Shown: positions 8,786-17,841 of the stretch, one piece after another
Position numbering within the stretch: position 1 is the stretch's first letter
How the letters are laid out: every line of letters begins with the position of its first letter
IMG/VR virus record: IMGVR_UViG_3300045391_007586
DNA from: a virus
Lineage: Duplodnaviria > Heunggongvirae > Uroviricota > Caudoviricetes
Length of the DNA stretch: 64,000 nucleotides
Strand: one strand, 5' to 3'
Translations under genes and position numbers: made by a program
The notes under the pieces: generated by a model
Databases searched by the model: none
Told to the model about the DNA's origin: nothing
The model's input: the letters and a program-made list of their open reading frames with translations, nothing else

Positions 8786-9028
8786 ATGATCGCAACACTC
8801 ACACTCAACGCATTGGTTGTTCTGACGATCATCGTCGGTCTCGTCAGCACCCACAACGAGCTGTTCATTCTCGGATTACTGTTTCTGAAGGAACTGCCGC
8901 AATACCCGCCGCTCTACGTCCTTCAGGCGCAATACGCTCTGCAAAAGCTGATTGGCGGCGACAGCGACGATGGTGAGGCATATAGCGGAAGCTCGATCGG
9001 CTTCACGGCCGGTCTGGAAGATCCGTAG
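8786..9028 (+). CDS. small membrane protein
   Basis: 80 aa with two hydrophobic helices; motif 1 copy at 8733-8757 upstream. Confidence 0.4.
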   Translation: MIATLTLNALVVLTIIVGLVSTHNELFILGLLFLKELPQYPPLYVLQAQYALQKLIGGDSDDGEAYSGSSIGFTAGLEDP

Positions 9029-9073
9029 CTGCGCTGAATGCCAGGCATTGACATAGCCGCCAGTCACACGAAG

Positions 9074-9100
9074 GCCCGCTGAAGAAGCGGGCTTTTCATT
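9074..9100 (+). terminator. rho-independent terminator
   Basis: gcccgctgaagaagcgggc stem followed by ttttcattt. Confidence 0.6.
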
Positions 9101-9167
9101 TGGGCTCAAGGAATTGTATATTTTGCGCCGGTCGCGCGATGTGCGCGGAAATTCGGGGAACACGACA

Positions 9168-9563
9168 ATGAAGAAACTGATCATTGGGGCGCTGCTCGCC
9201 GCGGCGTCCTCGGGTGCGTTCGCAACGAATTGGGTGACGGCAGCAGAAGCGCAAGGCAACAACCAGCGCATGAGCTATGACGCCGACTCAATCAAGCACG
9301 ACGGCGATTTCGTCTCGCTGTGGGTTCGCTACGACTACGGTCAGCCGACCAACATCGGGCTCGCGCGCCCGGTGCAGATGGCAATGGCGAAGTGGACGCT
9401 CAACTGCGCCAAGGACACCTACATCGCCCACGACATGAACTTCTACGACGCCCAGAACGCGCTCATCCAGCAGCCGGCGAACGCCGCGCAGGCGACGCCG
9501 GTCGTCGCTGTCGCACCGGGCACGATGAACCAGTTGGTCGAACAGGCAGTGTGCAAGCGGTAA
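9168..9563 (+). CDS. secreted protein with signal peptide
   Basis: MKKLIIGALLAAASSGAFA signal peptide; GGGGAA RBS. Confidence 0.5.
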   Translation: MKKLIIGALLAAASSGAFATNWVTAAEAQGNNQRMSYDADSIKHDGDFVSLWVRYDYGQPTNIGLARPVQMAMAKWTLNCAKDTYIAHDMNFYDAQNALIQQPANAAQATPVVAVAPGTMNQLVEQAVCKR

Positions 9564-9603
9564 CGGCGTAGAATCGGCGCCATGTCTGTTCGGGAGAGCT
9601 GCC

Positions 9604-9810
9604 ATGCTCAACTCGGAAGAATGGCGCACTGAAGTCCTGCGCAGAGGCGTTGTCATGTGCCGCTCTTGCGGGTCGCGGAGCGTGACAATGGGCGCCTGCG
9701 CAGTCGGCGCGAAGACCATCCATCAGGAATACACCTGCGAGGAATGCGGGGACGAGTTCACCGCCATGTATTCGCTGCTCGGCTGCTACGACGGCATCGG
9801 CAACACCTGA
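9604..9810 (+). CDS. small zinc-finger protein (CxxC...CxxC)
   Basis: 68 aa with CRSCGS and CEECGDEF. Confidence 0.4.
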   Translation: MLNSEEWRTEVLRRGVVMCRSCGSRSVTMGACAVGAKTIHQEYTCEECGDEFTAMYSLLGCYDGIGNT

Positions 9811-9829
9811 CCCGCCTGCAAGCGCTATA

Positions 9830-9845
9830 CTGTATATCCATACAG
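9830..9845. promoter_or_regulatory. LexA (SOS) box, CTGT-N8-ACAG
   Basis: ctgtatatccatacag, within taCTGTatatccatACAGat, 7 nt upstream of the ATG at 9852. Confidence 0.5.
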
Positions 9846-9851
9846 ATAGCC

Positions 9852-10085
9852 ATGACCGACGATCCCCTTGAATTCTTCATGGAGCGAGCCGCCATCATCG
9901 AGTTCGATGGTGGATCGCCGCGGCATGAAGCAGAGTTTCGCGCTGCCGTGCTCACCGTCCGATTCTGCGACACGCGGGGCCTCGACAAGCCGGAGCACCC
10001 GCTGATCTGGTTTTGCACCCTGAATCGGGTATATTGGTCTGCGGAAACAGAAAAACCGGAAAGCGGCTGGAAGCCGTGGAGTTGA
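9852..10085 (+). CDS. hypothetical protein (77 aa), candidate SOS-regulated
   Basis: MTDDPLEFFMERAAIIEF...; LexA box immediately upstream. Confidence 0.4.
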   Translation: MTDDPLEFFMERAAIIEFDGGSPRHEAEFRAAVLTVRFCDTRGLDKPEHPLIWFCTLNRVYWSAETEKPESGWKPWS

Positions 10086-10113
10086 CCATAGACCAAACGG
10101 AGCGGGGAGCAGG

Positions 10114-10500
10114 ATGAGAAGGGTCTTGAGCATGATCGTCGCCGGCACGATCGCTGTGTGTGCGGCGTCGTCGGTGCAAGCGGAGGATGAATCTCAAGAG
10201 GTCTACGCCGTCGCCTACGTGAACGGGAACCACTACCAGGAATACGATGTGACGACGCGCACCATCTACGTCATGGGCGTGGTGGACGGCTTGGCGGGGT
10301 CATTCACGATGGGCGGAAGCACGCGTCGAGCGAGCGCGCTTGGAGCGTGCTTGAAGGGCCTTCCGGGCGCCCAGGTGCGAGCGGTCGTCGACAAATACAT
10401 GACCGACAACCCTGCTCATTGGGACTGGTCCATGCCCATCCTCGTCTACAACGCCATCAACACCATGTGCAAAGAGCGCGGAACGCCTATCTACCCGTGA
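10114..10500 (+). CDS. secreted protein with signal peptide
   Basis: MRRVLSMIVAGTIAVCAASSVQA signal; GGAGCGGGGAG RBS. Confidence 0.55.
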   Translation: MRRVLSMIVAGTIAVCAASSVQAEDESQEVYAVAYVNGNHYQEYDVTTRTIYVMGVVDGLAGSFTMGGSTRRASALGACLKGLPGAQVRAVVDKYMTDNPAHWDWSMPILVYNAINTMCKERGTPIYP

Positions 10501-11167
10501 CCTGGCGAGACCGCCCAAACCCGAGCGCGGCGGGCCGGTCGTATTCCGAGTGCTTGATCTTGAGCCAGTCGCGCGAGCGGCCCTTCTGGTAGGTGGACTG
10601 CAAGCGCTTCGCCACCATGCCTTCCATGCCGTGCTCGATCACCTGCCCGAAGACCCATTCGCCGGCAGTGACGATGCTGCTCACGACGACAAGCGTCTTC
10701 GTGGTCTCCAGGCAATCGGCCAGGACTCGCTTGCGATCGACGAGCGGGAGCCCGCGAATGTCGCGCTTCCCGGTCGCCAGTATGTCGAAGATGTAAAGAC
10801 GCGCGGGATGCAGCGAGGCAGCAGCGCGCACGTTCGCTGACACCGATGTGCGTGCCCGGATTTGCAGACGGTCGAACGACGGTTTGCCCTTCGCATCATC
10901 GACGGTCAGCTCGGCATCGCACACGAACGATCCCGGCACCGCGGAGACGGCCGCAACGATGTCTGGAAATGAGCGATTGAGCGAATTGCCGTTACGGGAG
11001 ATCAGCTCGACGTGCTCGCCGGTCTTGCGGATCAGCGCCCTGAAGCCATCGTATTTGAGCTCGAACAGCCATGCAGGGTCCGAGAACGGGCTCTTGCGGA
11101 TGGATGCAAGCATCAGGTCGGTATGATCGATCGGACGTGTCAGCGGCACCCCAAGCGCCTTCGGCAT
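10487..11167 (-). CDS. lig: ATP-dependent DNA ligase
   Basis: KYDGFR (KxDGxR adenylation motif I) plus downstream ligase motifs. Confidence 0.8.
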   Translation of the reverse strand: MPKALGVPLTRPIDHTDLMLASIRKSPFSDPAWLFELKYDGFRALIRKTGEHVELISRNGNSLNRSFPDIVAAVSAVPGSFVCDAELTVDDAKGKPSFDRLQIRARTSVSANVRAAASLHPARLYIFDILATGKRDIRGLPLVDRKRVLADCLETTKTLVVVSSIVTAGEWVFGQVIEHGMEGMVAKRLQSTYQKGRSRDWLKIKHSEYDRPAALGFGRSRQVTGR

Positions 11168-11244
11168 ATGGCCTACCTTCTACCCGAAACCTGCCTTGCG
11201 CGAATGCGCTATATTTACTCGACCCACAGAAACGGGGAAAAATA

Positions 11245-11613
11245 ATGGGCAGGGTGAAGCTGACGAAAGAAGAACGATTTGCGCGTTGCCGCAATCAAGC
11301 CGCAACGCTTCGCAGGCACATCGCGCGGTGCGACCCTGCCACACAAAAGGACATTATCGCGAGGCTGCGTCGCGAATGCGAATACCTCGAAAAGAAGGCG
11401 GCAAATCTCGACCCGTCGAAGCCGAAGGATCAACGGCGCGAAAATCTTGTGAAGCCGAATGGCGCCCCAAAGACGCGGCAGGAACTTCTGCTTGAACAGA
11501 TTCGGCGGGAGCACGGTCCAAATGTCCAAATCGAGTTCGTAGTTGAGCATGAGCCGAAGTCTGTCTGGACTACCGGGCAAGCTGGTGGTCCCGGCACGGG
11601 CAAGCGTCGCTGA
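11245..11613 (+). CDS. hypothetical protein
   Basis: 122 aa from ATG at 11245 with GGGGAAAAA RBS; basic protein. Confidence 0.3.
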   Translation: MGRVKLTKEERFARCRNQAATLRRHIARCDPATQKDIIARLRRECEYLEKKAANLDPSKPKDQRRENLVKPNGAPKTRQELLLEQIRREHGPNVQIEFVVEHEPKSVWTTGQAGGPGTGKRR

Positions 11614-12023
11614 GCGGCACATAGCCCGCCGCAGGCGGGCGCCGGGGCGCGAGCTGCGCGGTCTTCGTGCCCACTTCCCCACGCCCCAACTACCCTTCCC
11701 CCTTCCCCACGCCCCTATGCCTGCATGCCAGGAGGTATAAGGAGCGGTGTGGCATGGTCCCGGCCCGGATGTATAAGGAGTCGATATTTGGCACCCGGAA
11801 CGAGGAAGGCAGGGCCTCCGCGCCCCTCGGCGTTTTCTAGGACTTTTTCCCTGGCATGTTGCCCTAGCGCGACGCCTCACACTTCCCGATCGGCGTCAAC
11901 CATTGCCGGCAAGTGTTGCATGCCTGTCACGGTTGACGCCTGCTCCAATTCTGCTTGCGTCTCGCTTGTCTCTACCGTATGCCCGGTAGCGATACCGGGC
12001 TATGTCTGTCTGCTTTGACTGAT

Positions 12024-12788
12024 TCACGCGAAGAGTTTAACGAACGCTTGGGCGCGCGGGTTGTCTGCTGCAATGCTCATTTCGTCGTTACGCTTGCCCT
12101 TCACTACTTGCGCAATGCCCATTTCACGCAGACACATACGCGTAGAGCCCGATTGTGAGCCCGCGGTCCCTACGCTGCTATTCATGCGACGCACAAGGGA
12201 GGCTTGCGGTTCAAGCTCGGTATATTCGACGTTACGGGACAGGGAGACCAAACCGTCTTTGATGCGCAAACCGCCCAATGCGCACAGGTTCTCTCCGATG
12301 GTCATTGTGTAACCGTCAAGCTCGCGTTTAATACCTTGCCCGATAGCACGCGCGGTAGAGACAATCTTAACGAGTGTTTTAACCGCAACGAAGTCAACCG
12401 GGTTTTGCTTGCGGTCTGCAATCGCGCAGTTTTTCAGCATACGTTCGAAAACTTCTGAAAATTCAGCACGGGCAAAGCATGCGTTAAACGCGGCCCGGTC
12501 CCGGATGACGTTCTTTGCTGCGGTTTCGGTATCAGCGCTCTTTACTTCGGTGTTACGCGCGACGAGGACCGCGTTAAACTCTGCTGCGAAGTCGCGCGGT
12601 TCGTTGGTCGTTTCGGGCTTGGTTTCGGGCTTTGCGGTTTCGTGCATGGTTGCGCCCTTGCCCTTTGCAGTGGAGCCCTTTGCTGCGCTCTTACGCGGTG
12701 CGCGTGCGGGCTTGGTTGCTGCTGCTGCGCTCTTTGCTGCTTCGATAGCTGCGAAAGTCGGGAAAACGAAAGCGTTAGCGGTTTGCAT
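12024..12788 (-). CDS. hypothetical protein, Lys/Ala-rich N-terminus (possible DNA-binding or initiator-like)
   Basis: 254 aa; adjacent to the iteron-like repeat region; motif 1 copy at 12869-12893 upstream. Confidence 0.5.
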   Translation of the reverse strand: MQTANAFVFPTFAAIEAAKSAAAATKPARAPRKSAAKGSTAKGKGATMHETAKPETKPETTNEPRDFAAEFNAVLVARNTEVKSADTETAAKNVIRDRAAFNACFARAEFSEVFERMLKNCAIADRKQNPVDFVAVKTLVKIVSTARAIGQGIKRELDGYTMTIGENLCALGGLRIKDGLVSLSRNVEYTELEPQASLVRRMNSSVGTAGSQSGSTRMCLREMGIAQVVKGKRNDEMSIAADNPRAQAFVKLFA

Positions 12789-13116
12789 GGTCGTATCTCA
12801 CACTGAGAGGGTTAGGGCACATCGCCCGGTTGATTGCGCTGTTTCGTTAGCGCATGTCGCTATCTTAGGTCAGTCAGTTGCGACTGACAAGGAATTTTTT
12901 CGTGTTGTTTTTGCGCGGATTGCTTGACGGCGTGTTTTGGCGGCGCTATTTGCGCGTGCGCGTCTGTATGTAATGGCGACAGGCGAGCGACCGGCGACCG
13001 GGTGGCGCGTGCGTAAGCGTGCGATGCGTGCCACCTGCCTGTCTCCGGTGCGCGTCGCGTGTCTGCCGTGGCTTTCGCGTGCGCCCTGCCCGCTTGCCAT
13101 TTGCCACGGATCACAT

Positions 13117-13236
13117 GCGCGTATTTTTCAGGAAAACGGATGTCGGCGCCGGCAGGCATTTCCGTGGCACCGGGCAGGCATGCGCGTATTTTCCAGGAAA
13201 AGGCGTGTCGCCGATGGCAGGCATTTCCACGGCATT
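13117..13236. repeat. tandem imperfect direct repeat (about 60 bp x2) with GCCACGGAAA / TTTCCGTGGC boxes
   Basis: gcgcgtatttttcaggaaaacggatgtcggcgccggcaggcatttccgtggc and gcgcgtattttccaggaaaaggcgtgtcgccgatggcaggcatttccacggc. Confidence 0.55.
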
Positions 13237-13363
13237 GCCACGGCACGCCGGCCACAAGACGAGAAACGTGCGTGGGCCATCCTTGTCTCGTCAGGTCAAC
13301 CACGCACGCGCTTAAAGGCAGTAGCTCAACACTTCCTCCAGTTCCGTCTTCTGTCCTTGCTGG

Positions 13364-13543
13364 TTACAGATACCGGTCGTCCTTCATCATGCGGCTGCGT
13401 CGAATGCCGGCGCGGGCCGCGCGGATCGTCTCCTGTTCTTGCAGCTCGTCGAGATACGCCATGTCGGCTTCGATGGGCATGGCACCGATGTGCGAGGTCA
13501 GGCGAGTGCGTTGGGCGATGGGCATATTGCGCAAGACGTTCAT
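13364..13543 (-). CDS. small hypothetical protein (59 aa)
   Basis: AAGGAG RBS 6 nt upstream of ATG; MNVLRNMPIAQRTRLTSHIG... Confidence 0.35.
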   Translation of the reverse strand: MNVLRNMPIAQRTRLTSHIGAMPIEADMAYLDELQEQETIRAARAGIRRSRMMKDDRYL

Positions 13544-13619
13544 GTTGACTTCTCCTTCTCTGGTTAGATTGTCGTTCAGTTACGACAGACACATTGTGCA
13601 ACCTGAAAACTGGCGATGG

Positions 13620-13820
13620 TCAGAACTTCACCGGCGACCTGAGCGAGGCGATACGCTTGGGCATGCGGCACTCGTCGCCGGTCCACCACTGGCGAATGCC
13701 ACGAGCCTTGTTGAACAGAATGTCGATCAGCCCGCACCACAACGCGCCAATGCCAACGGCTGCGCCAATCACGAGTGCGAATGCTGCGATCCATTGTGCC
13801 AACTCTGCTGCCTGGTTCAT
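13620..13820 (-). CDS. small membrane protein (66 aa)
   Basis: AGAGAGGGGAA RBS; MNQAAELAQWIAAFALVIGAAVGIGALWCGL. Confidence 0.4.
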   Translation of the reverse strand: MNQAAELAQWIAAFALVIGAAVGIGALWCGLIDILFNKARGIRQWWTGDECRMPKRIASLRSPVKF

Positions 13821-13994
13821 GTTCCCCTCTCTTGAAAGTCTGTCAGTTGCGACAGAACGAATATTCGCACCTGCCGCATGGATTGAGTGTGGCTTTCTTC
13901 TAGTCGCCGAAGGTAGAAAAACATCCTTGCCGTCGCCACGGCAAATCCGTGGCATTTCTTTCTCCCGGCACGCTCGCCGGGATGGTCCTTGCCG

Positions 13995-14144
13995 TTACGA
14001 CAGCGACGGCACCGTCCGATACGGGTCGATGCTCACCAGATTGCCCATGTCGTCCGTCGTGAACAGTCCGCCATGTCCATCCCACACCTTGTAGAGAAAG
14101 CCAAAACGGCGCGACAGGACAGGCAGCACTTGCGTGAATTTCAT
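13995..14144 (-). CDS. small hypothetical protein (49 aa)
   Basis: CAGAGGGGAAC RBS then ATG; MKFTQVLPVLSRRFGFLYKVW... Confidence 0.3.
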   Translation of the reverse strand: MKFTQVLPVLSRRFGFLYKVWDGHGGLFTTDDMGNLVSIDPYRTVPSLS

Positions 14145-14377
14145 GTTGTTCCCCTCTGGGTGGTTGCGTTTCGGTAGTCGTATGGTCACAAGCTCAATGA
14201 GGCAATGGTGCGGCGCGTTGCACGTTGCCGTGGCCCCCGCTGGATGTTCGCCGGGCTGGCAATGCCACGGAAAGCTCGCCGTTCGCCGCTTGCCGGGCCG
14301 GGTCCGCGTGCTACGCTCTCTGCATCACATCGACATGCGCTTTGCCGCCACCTGCCGGCGCCTCTCGCGTGAAAACT

Positions 14378-14495
14378 CCAGGAAAGGCGGTGTCGGCGTG
14401 CGCAGGCGTTCCGTTCGACCGCGTGCCGGTGCGTGCCAGGCTGTAAGGACTCGGCGGAAAGTGGATGTTGGCGATGGCGGAGGCCCATTGACGCT
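14378..14495. repeat. two further copies of the about 35 bp iteron-like repeat
   Basis: tccaggaaaggcggtgtcggcgtgcgcaggcgttccgttcg and cggcggaaagtggatgttggcgatggcggaggcc resemble the 13.1 kb repeats. Confidence 0.4.
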
Positions 14496-14569
14496 ATAAG
14501 GCAAACCCATCACGCCTTACATACCCCCTGCCCTACATGCCTCTATGCACACTCATCCACTCTCTGTCT

Positions 14570-14791
14570 CTATTGACTGACTGTCTGGCGAGGCACGTAT
14601 CCATCCTTCTCTTTCCGTATCCACTGTCTCGTCTCCTTGCTCCACGTGTAATCGTCATCCTCTCCGGGCATGTAGAAGTCGAGCGCCGCGAGTGCTCCGT
14701 GTCCGTAGCCTCTGTTGTTCATTGCGTCCGCGATCGTCTTTCCGGTGACGACTTCCTTGTCACCGCCGCGCCAGTAAAGCGTGAATTTCAT
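14570..14791 (-). CDS. hypothetical protein
   Basis: 73 aa; AGAGAGGAAGAG RBS. Confidence 0.5.
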   Translation of the reverse strand: MKFTLYWRGGDKEVVTGKTIADAMNNRGYGHGALAALDFYMPGEDDDYTWSKETRQWIRKEKDGYVPRQTVSQ

Positions 14792-14984
14792 GAGCTCTTC
14801 CTCTCTTACGTTGGAACTTGGAGTTCGACTTGGGGCCGGACGCGTCTTCTATATCTTTAATAACGCTTCACAACCTTTCTTTACTTAAAACTTGAAGGAA
14901 ACTCGGACTTGGAGTCGAGTTCTGGAGATTTCTCTCCGGCTTGAACAAAACTGCCCCGGTTTCCTGAAACCTTGTAGCGATTGC

Positions 14985-15260
14985 TTATACCGGGCAGGCT
15001 TGCGTGATCTCCCGGCGTGCGATCCGGCGTTTCACGTTCCTGATGGTCTGTGCCTGCTGGCGTTCGATCTCGCGATCTACGCTGGTCTGGAGTTTTCGCT
15101 CGAACGAGCGGTCGATCTCGGAGTCGATGATGTCCTGCACGCCGATGCTGAAGAAGTCTCTCCAGTCCGGGTCATAGGTGCGGGCGCCTTCCCTGATAAG
15201 GCTGTCGAACGCGGTGTAAGCCACAGTGCTTCCCTGCATGGTTGGTTCGGGCCGACACAA
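14985..15260 (-). CDS. hypothetical protein
   Basis: 91 aa ORF; start uncertain (alternative ATG at 15239). Confidence 0.4.
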   Translation of the reverse strand: MCRPEPTMQGSTVAYTAFDSLIREGARTYDPDWRDFFSIGVQDIIDSEIDRSFERKLQTSVDREIERQQAQTIRNVKRRIARREITQACPV

Positions 15261-15637
15261 TCTGTCATCGATGACTGATTGTTTCGTAAACCGGCAGGCG
15301 ACGCAAGTGTTTTTGTCAGGCGAAGCTGACTGATGGATTCGGGTCGTTTAAACGCGTTTTGAGCGGTTCGCGGTTCGGGTAATGTGTTGACCCTGACCGA
15401 TCGATTGGAGCCGCTTGTGGGTCGATCTGGTTGGTTCCAGCGGGTGCTTCGGTCGCTTAGATATGAACCCGAGAACAGGTCAAAAGTGGATTCCCAGGAG
15501 TCTACAAGCGATACAAGGTTTCATGCCGTGAAAACAGGCGAAAAGCCGTTTACATTCAACGACTTATCCGTGGCTTGGGCGGGGGAATTTTGAAACCGGG
15601 TCTACTGGCTGTAGGAACCCGGTTGAGGCTGGCGATT

Positions 15638-16027
15638 TCAGATGTGTTCTATGCCAATCCCCGCCACGACGCAGCCAAGAAGAAACGCGGCTACCGGCAA
15701 CCACATCAATACGATGGCGACCCAGATCCAGAACTTGGCTCGATAATCACCGCCAGGATACTCCAACCATCCACCTTGCATATAACGTGCAATAAACATT
15801 GATGGCACTGCAAGTGCGCCAATAACGAAAATTGCCAACGCCAAGAGCCCGAACGGCCTGAAGCTGGCAAATTGAGCTTGCTTTTGCACGAGAGCCTGCA
15901 AGAGGCCAAGCATTGCGACTGCGCCGCCACCATTCAGAATGGCAGAAGCCTTCGCGCTTTGAGTCGCGAAGTCGTTCATTTCGGATCGGAGAGCAAGGTT
16001 GCGCTCGTGCGCAAACTGCGTCCCCAT
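15638..16027 (-). CDS. membrane protein
   Basis: Trimmed to ATG at 16027 with AGAGGGGACG RBS; three TM helices. Confidence 0.5.
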   Translation of the reverse strand: MGTQFAHERNLALRSEMNDFATQSAKASAILNGGGAVAMLGLLQALVQKQAQFASFRPFGLLALAIFVIGALAVPSMFIARYMQGGWLEYPGGDYRAKFWIWVAIVLMWLPVAAFLLGCVVAGIGIEHI

Positions 16028-16057
16028 GTCGTCGTCCCCTCTTCTCATCTTCGATGA

Positions 16058-16300
16058 TCAGTGCAGGAAGAGCTTCGCGAGCGCAGCGCCAGCAGCGAGC
16101 AGACCGGCACCCGCACCCATGAAACCCGTGGCGTAGACGAGCGGCGCGTAGCGGTTCTCGCGCTCGATCTTGATCGTCTCCTGTGACACCTTCATCCTCT
16201 CGTCGATGATTTTGAGGATTTCGGCGTTCATCTTGGCGATCTCGGTTTCGGTCTTGACCGTATCCAAGCTCGGCTCCGGTGCGGTATGCGGTGTGCTCAT
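16058..16300 (-). CDS. small membrane protein
   Basis: Trimmed to ATG at 16300; C-terminal Gly/Ala-rich TM segment. Confidence 0.45.
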   Translation of the reverse strand: MSTPHTAPEPSLDTVKTETEIAKMNAEILKIIDERMKVSQETIKIERENRYAPLVYATGFMGAGAGLLAAGAALAKLFLH

Positions 16301-16321
16301 TATAGGTCGGATTCCCTTGTT

Positions 16322-16359
16322 GGTTGCGACAGGGTTAGTGTCGCAACCGGGAACAGGCG
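16322..16359 (-). promoter_or_regulatory. motif 2 copy (GTTGCGAC-N-GTCGCAAC dyad plus CCGGG..AGGCG)
   Basis: ggttgcgacagggttagtgtcgcaaccgggaacaggcg, ending 22 nt upstream of the ATG at 16300. Confidence 0.45.
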
Positions 16360-16377
16360 TCGGGAGCTGGTTGCTGG

Positions 16378-16587
16378 CTACTTCTGCGGCGGGTTCGAGA
16401 CGATCAGCCACTTCTTGCTCGTGGCACTCCAGACCCACAGACTTTCGCCAGGCTTCACAGCCGGGATATTCACCCCTTCCGGGTAGTTGTCCACGAGCCG
16501 GCCATTCACATCGCGAATCTGGTAATCGCCGTCCTTCGGTGTTACGGGTGTTTTCAAATTGCCTCCGTTTTTGGCTTGAACTTTCAC
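16378..16587 (-). CDS. hypothetical protein
   Basis: 69 aa with ordinary composition. Confidence 0.45.
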   Translation of the reverse strand: MKVQAKNGGNLKTPVTPKDGDYQIRDVNGRLVDNYPEGVNIPAVKPGESLWVWSATSKKWLIVSNPPQK

Positions 16588-16591
16588 GGCG

Positions 16592-17011
16592 TTATCCTAC
16601 CAGCGCGCGGCTTTCGGCGTGATCGAACTCGGGCCTGTCGCGGCAGTTCGGGTTCAGCGTGTGCAGCGTCCGCAGCCCGTCCTCGTCACGCGTGATGATG
16701 CCAAGCGTGTAGCGTCCGTTCGACAGCGTGCGCGTGCGATCACCTTCCAGCGCGAAGAACTCGTCGTAGGACAGGTGCGACTTGGCCCGGTAGGCGCCAG
16801 TAACCGTCAGCCACCCGTGCGTGCCGTGCGGTGGCAGCTCACCTTCCAGCGTCAGACCCAAGCGTTCGAGCCACGCCAACAGGTGCTCGCGCTTTTCGAA
16901 GGCGGTGTGCGGCCCGTGCTGGTTCTGCACCAGATACCAGTAATTGCAGGTGCGCTCGTGGCCCTGCTGGTCGAGGCTGATCACGGTCAGTTTGTCGAAG
17001 GTTCCATACAT
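16592..17011 (-). CDS. hypothetical protein
   Basis: Trimmed to ATG at 17011 with GGGAG RBS. Confidence 0.5.
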   Translation of the reverse strand: MYGTFDKLTVISLDQQGHERTCNYWYLVQNQHGPHTAFEKREHLLAWLERLGLTLEGELPPHGTHGWLTVTGAYRAKSHLSYDEFFALEGDRTRTLSNGRYTLGIITRDEDGLRTLHTLNPNCRDRPEFDHAESRALVG

Positions 17012-17065
17012 AGCGTGCTCCCGTCTGTTGCGATAACGCAATTGTCGAAGCCCGGTATTGGCTCG

Positions 17066-17272
17066 TCACCGGGCAACGCTGGCGATTGCGTCCGCCTTCT
17101 CGAACGCCTCGATGGCGTAATCTAGGCGTCCGGCCTTGATGTTCTCGCTCACGACGGCAAACCACGCCACCGCAAACGAGTCGTCGACGAATGACATCGT
17201 TTCCTCAACGGTCTCGCCGGCCAGGAACCCGTTCGTCAAGCGTTTGCGAATCCGGTAGACCACCCGATTCAT
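17066..17272 (-). CDS. hypothetical protein
   Basis: 68 aa; stop overlaps the next start. Confidence 0.45.
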   Translation of the reverse strand: MNRVVYRIRKRLTNGFLAGETVEETMSFVDDSFAVAWFAVVSENIKAGRLDYAIEAFEKADAIASVAR

Positions 17273-17772
17273 GCTGCGACCGCCTGCTTGCCGTAGCGTT
17301 TCAGCCCCTCTCTGACGAGCGACCCGATGGCGTTGAGCACGCCGTTGCCGTCCTTTGTGTCGAACGCCGGCAGCGAGTCGATCGGCAGCGAGCAGCCCGA
17401 CAGCCCGAACTTTGGATCGACGTAGACCGTCTTGACGCCGGAGGCGAGCAGTGCGCGCCGCGCGTATTCCTCAAAGTCGGTCGTGTGGCCCATCAGCTCG
17501 TTGCAGGATGCGAGCTTCTTCTGGATCGACTCCAGCTTCTTGACGGCCACCTTCAGCTCTTCGAGGCCCGAGCCAACGTGCGAGTGGTATTCGATGTCGA
17601 ACGCGTAGGCTTCCGCGAACGAGTTGCTGAACCGGCAGCGGATTCGGATGTCGCCCATGTGCGAGTCACCGAAGGCGTTCGTCAGATAGTTGCGCAGTTC
17701 GATCGTGATCCGACCGAATCCGTATTCCGAGTCACCGTAGCAATAGGCGAATGGTTCCTTTTTGGCGGTCAT
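17269..17772 (-). CDS. hypothetical protein
   Basis: 167 aa; AGAGAGGGGAAA RBS; motif 2 copy at 17791-17828. Confidence 0.55.
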   Translation of the reverse strand: MTAKKEPFAYCYGDSEYGFGRITIELRNYLTNAFGDSHMGDIRIRCRFSNSFAEAYAFDIEYHSHVGSGLEELKVAVKKLESIQKKLASCNELMGHTTDFEEYARRALLASGVKTVYVDPKFGLSGCSLPIDSLPAFDTKDGNGVLNAIGSLVREGLKRYGKQAVAA

Positions 17773-17841
17773 TTTCCCCTCTCTGGGTCGGTTTTCGGTA
17801 TCGAAATGATCGCAACCGTCGCGAGGCGACGGTGTGGCAAG

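Noticed and set aside
12860-13835. Several 150-260 aa ORFs on both strands across the iteron region (12860-13303 -, 12937-13548 +, 13059-13835 +)
   Set aside because: Arg/Cys/His-rich junk composition with no RBS, and they overlap the direct repeats; the region is treated as non-coding apart from three tiny SD-supported genes.
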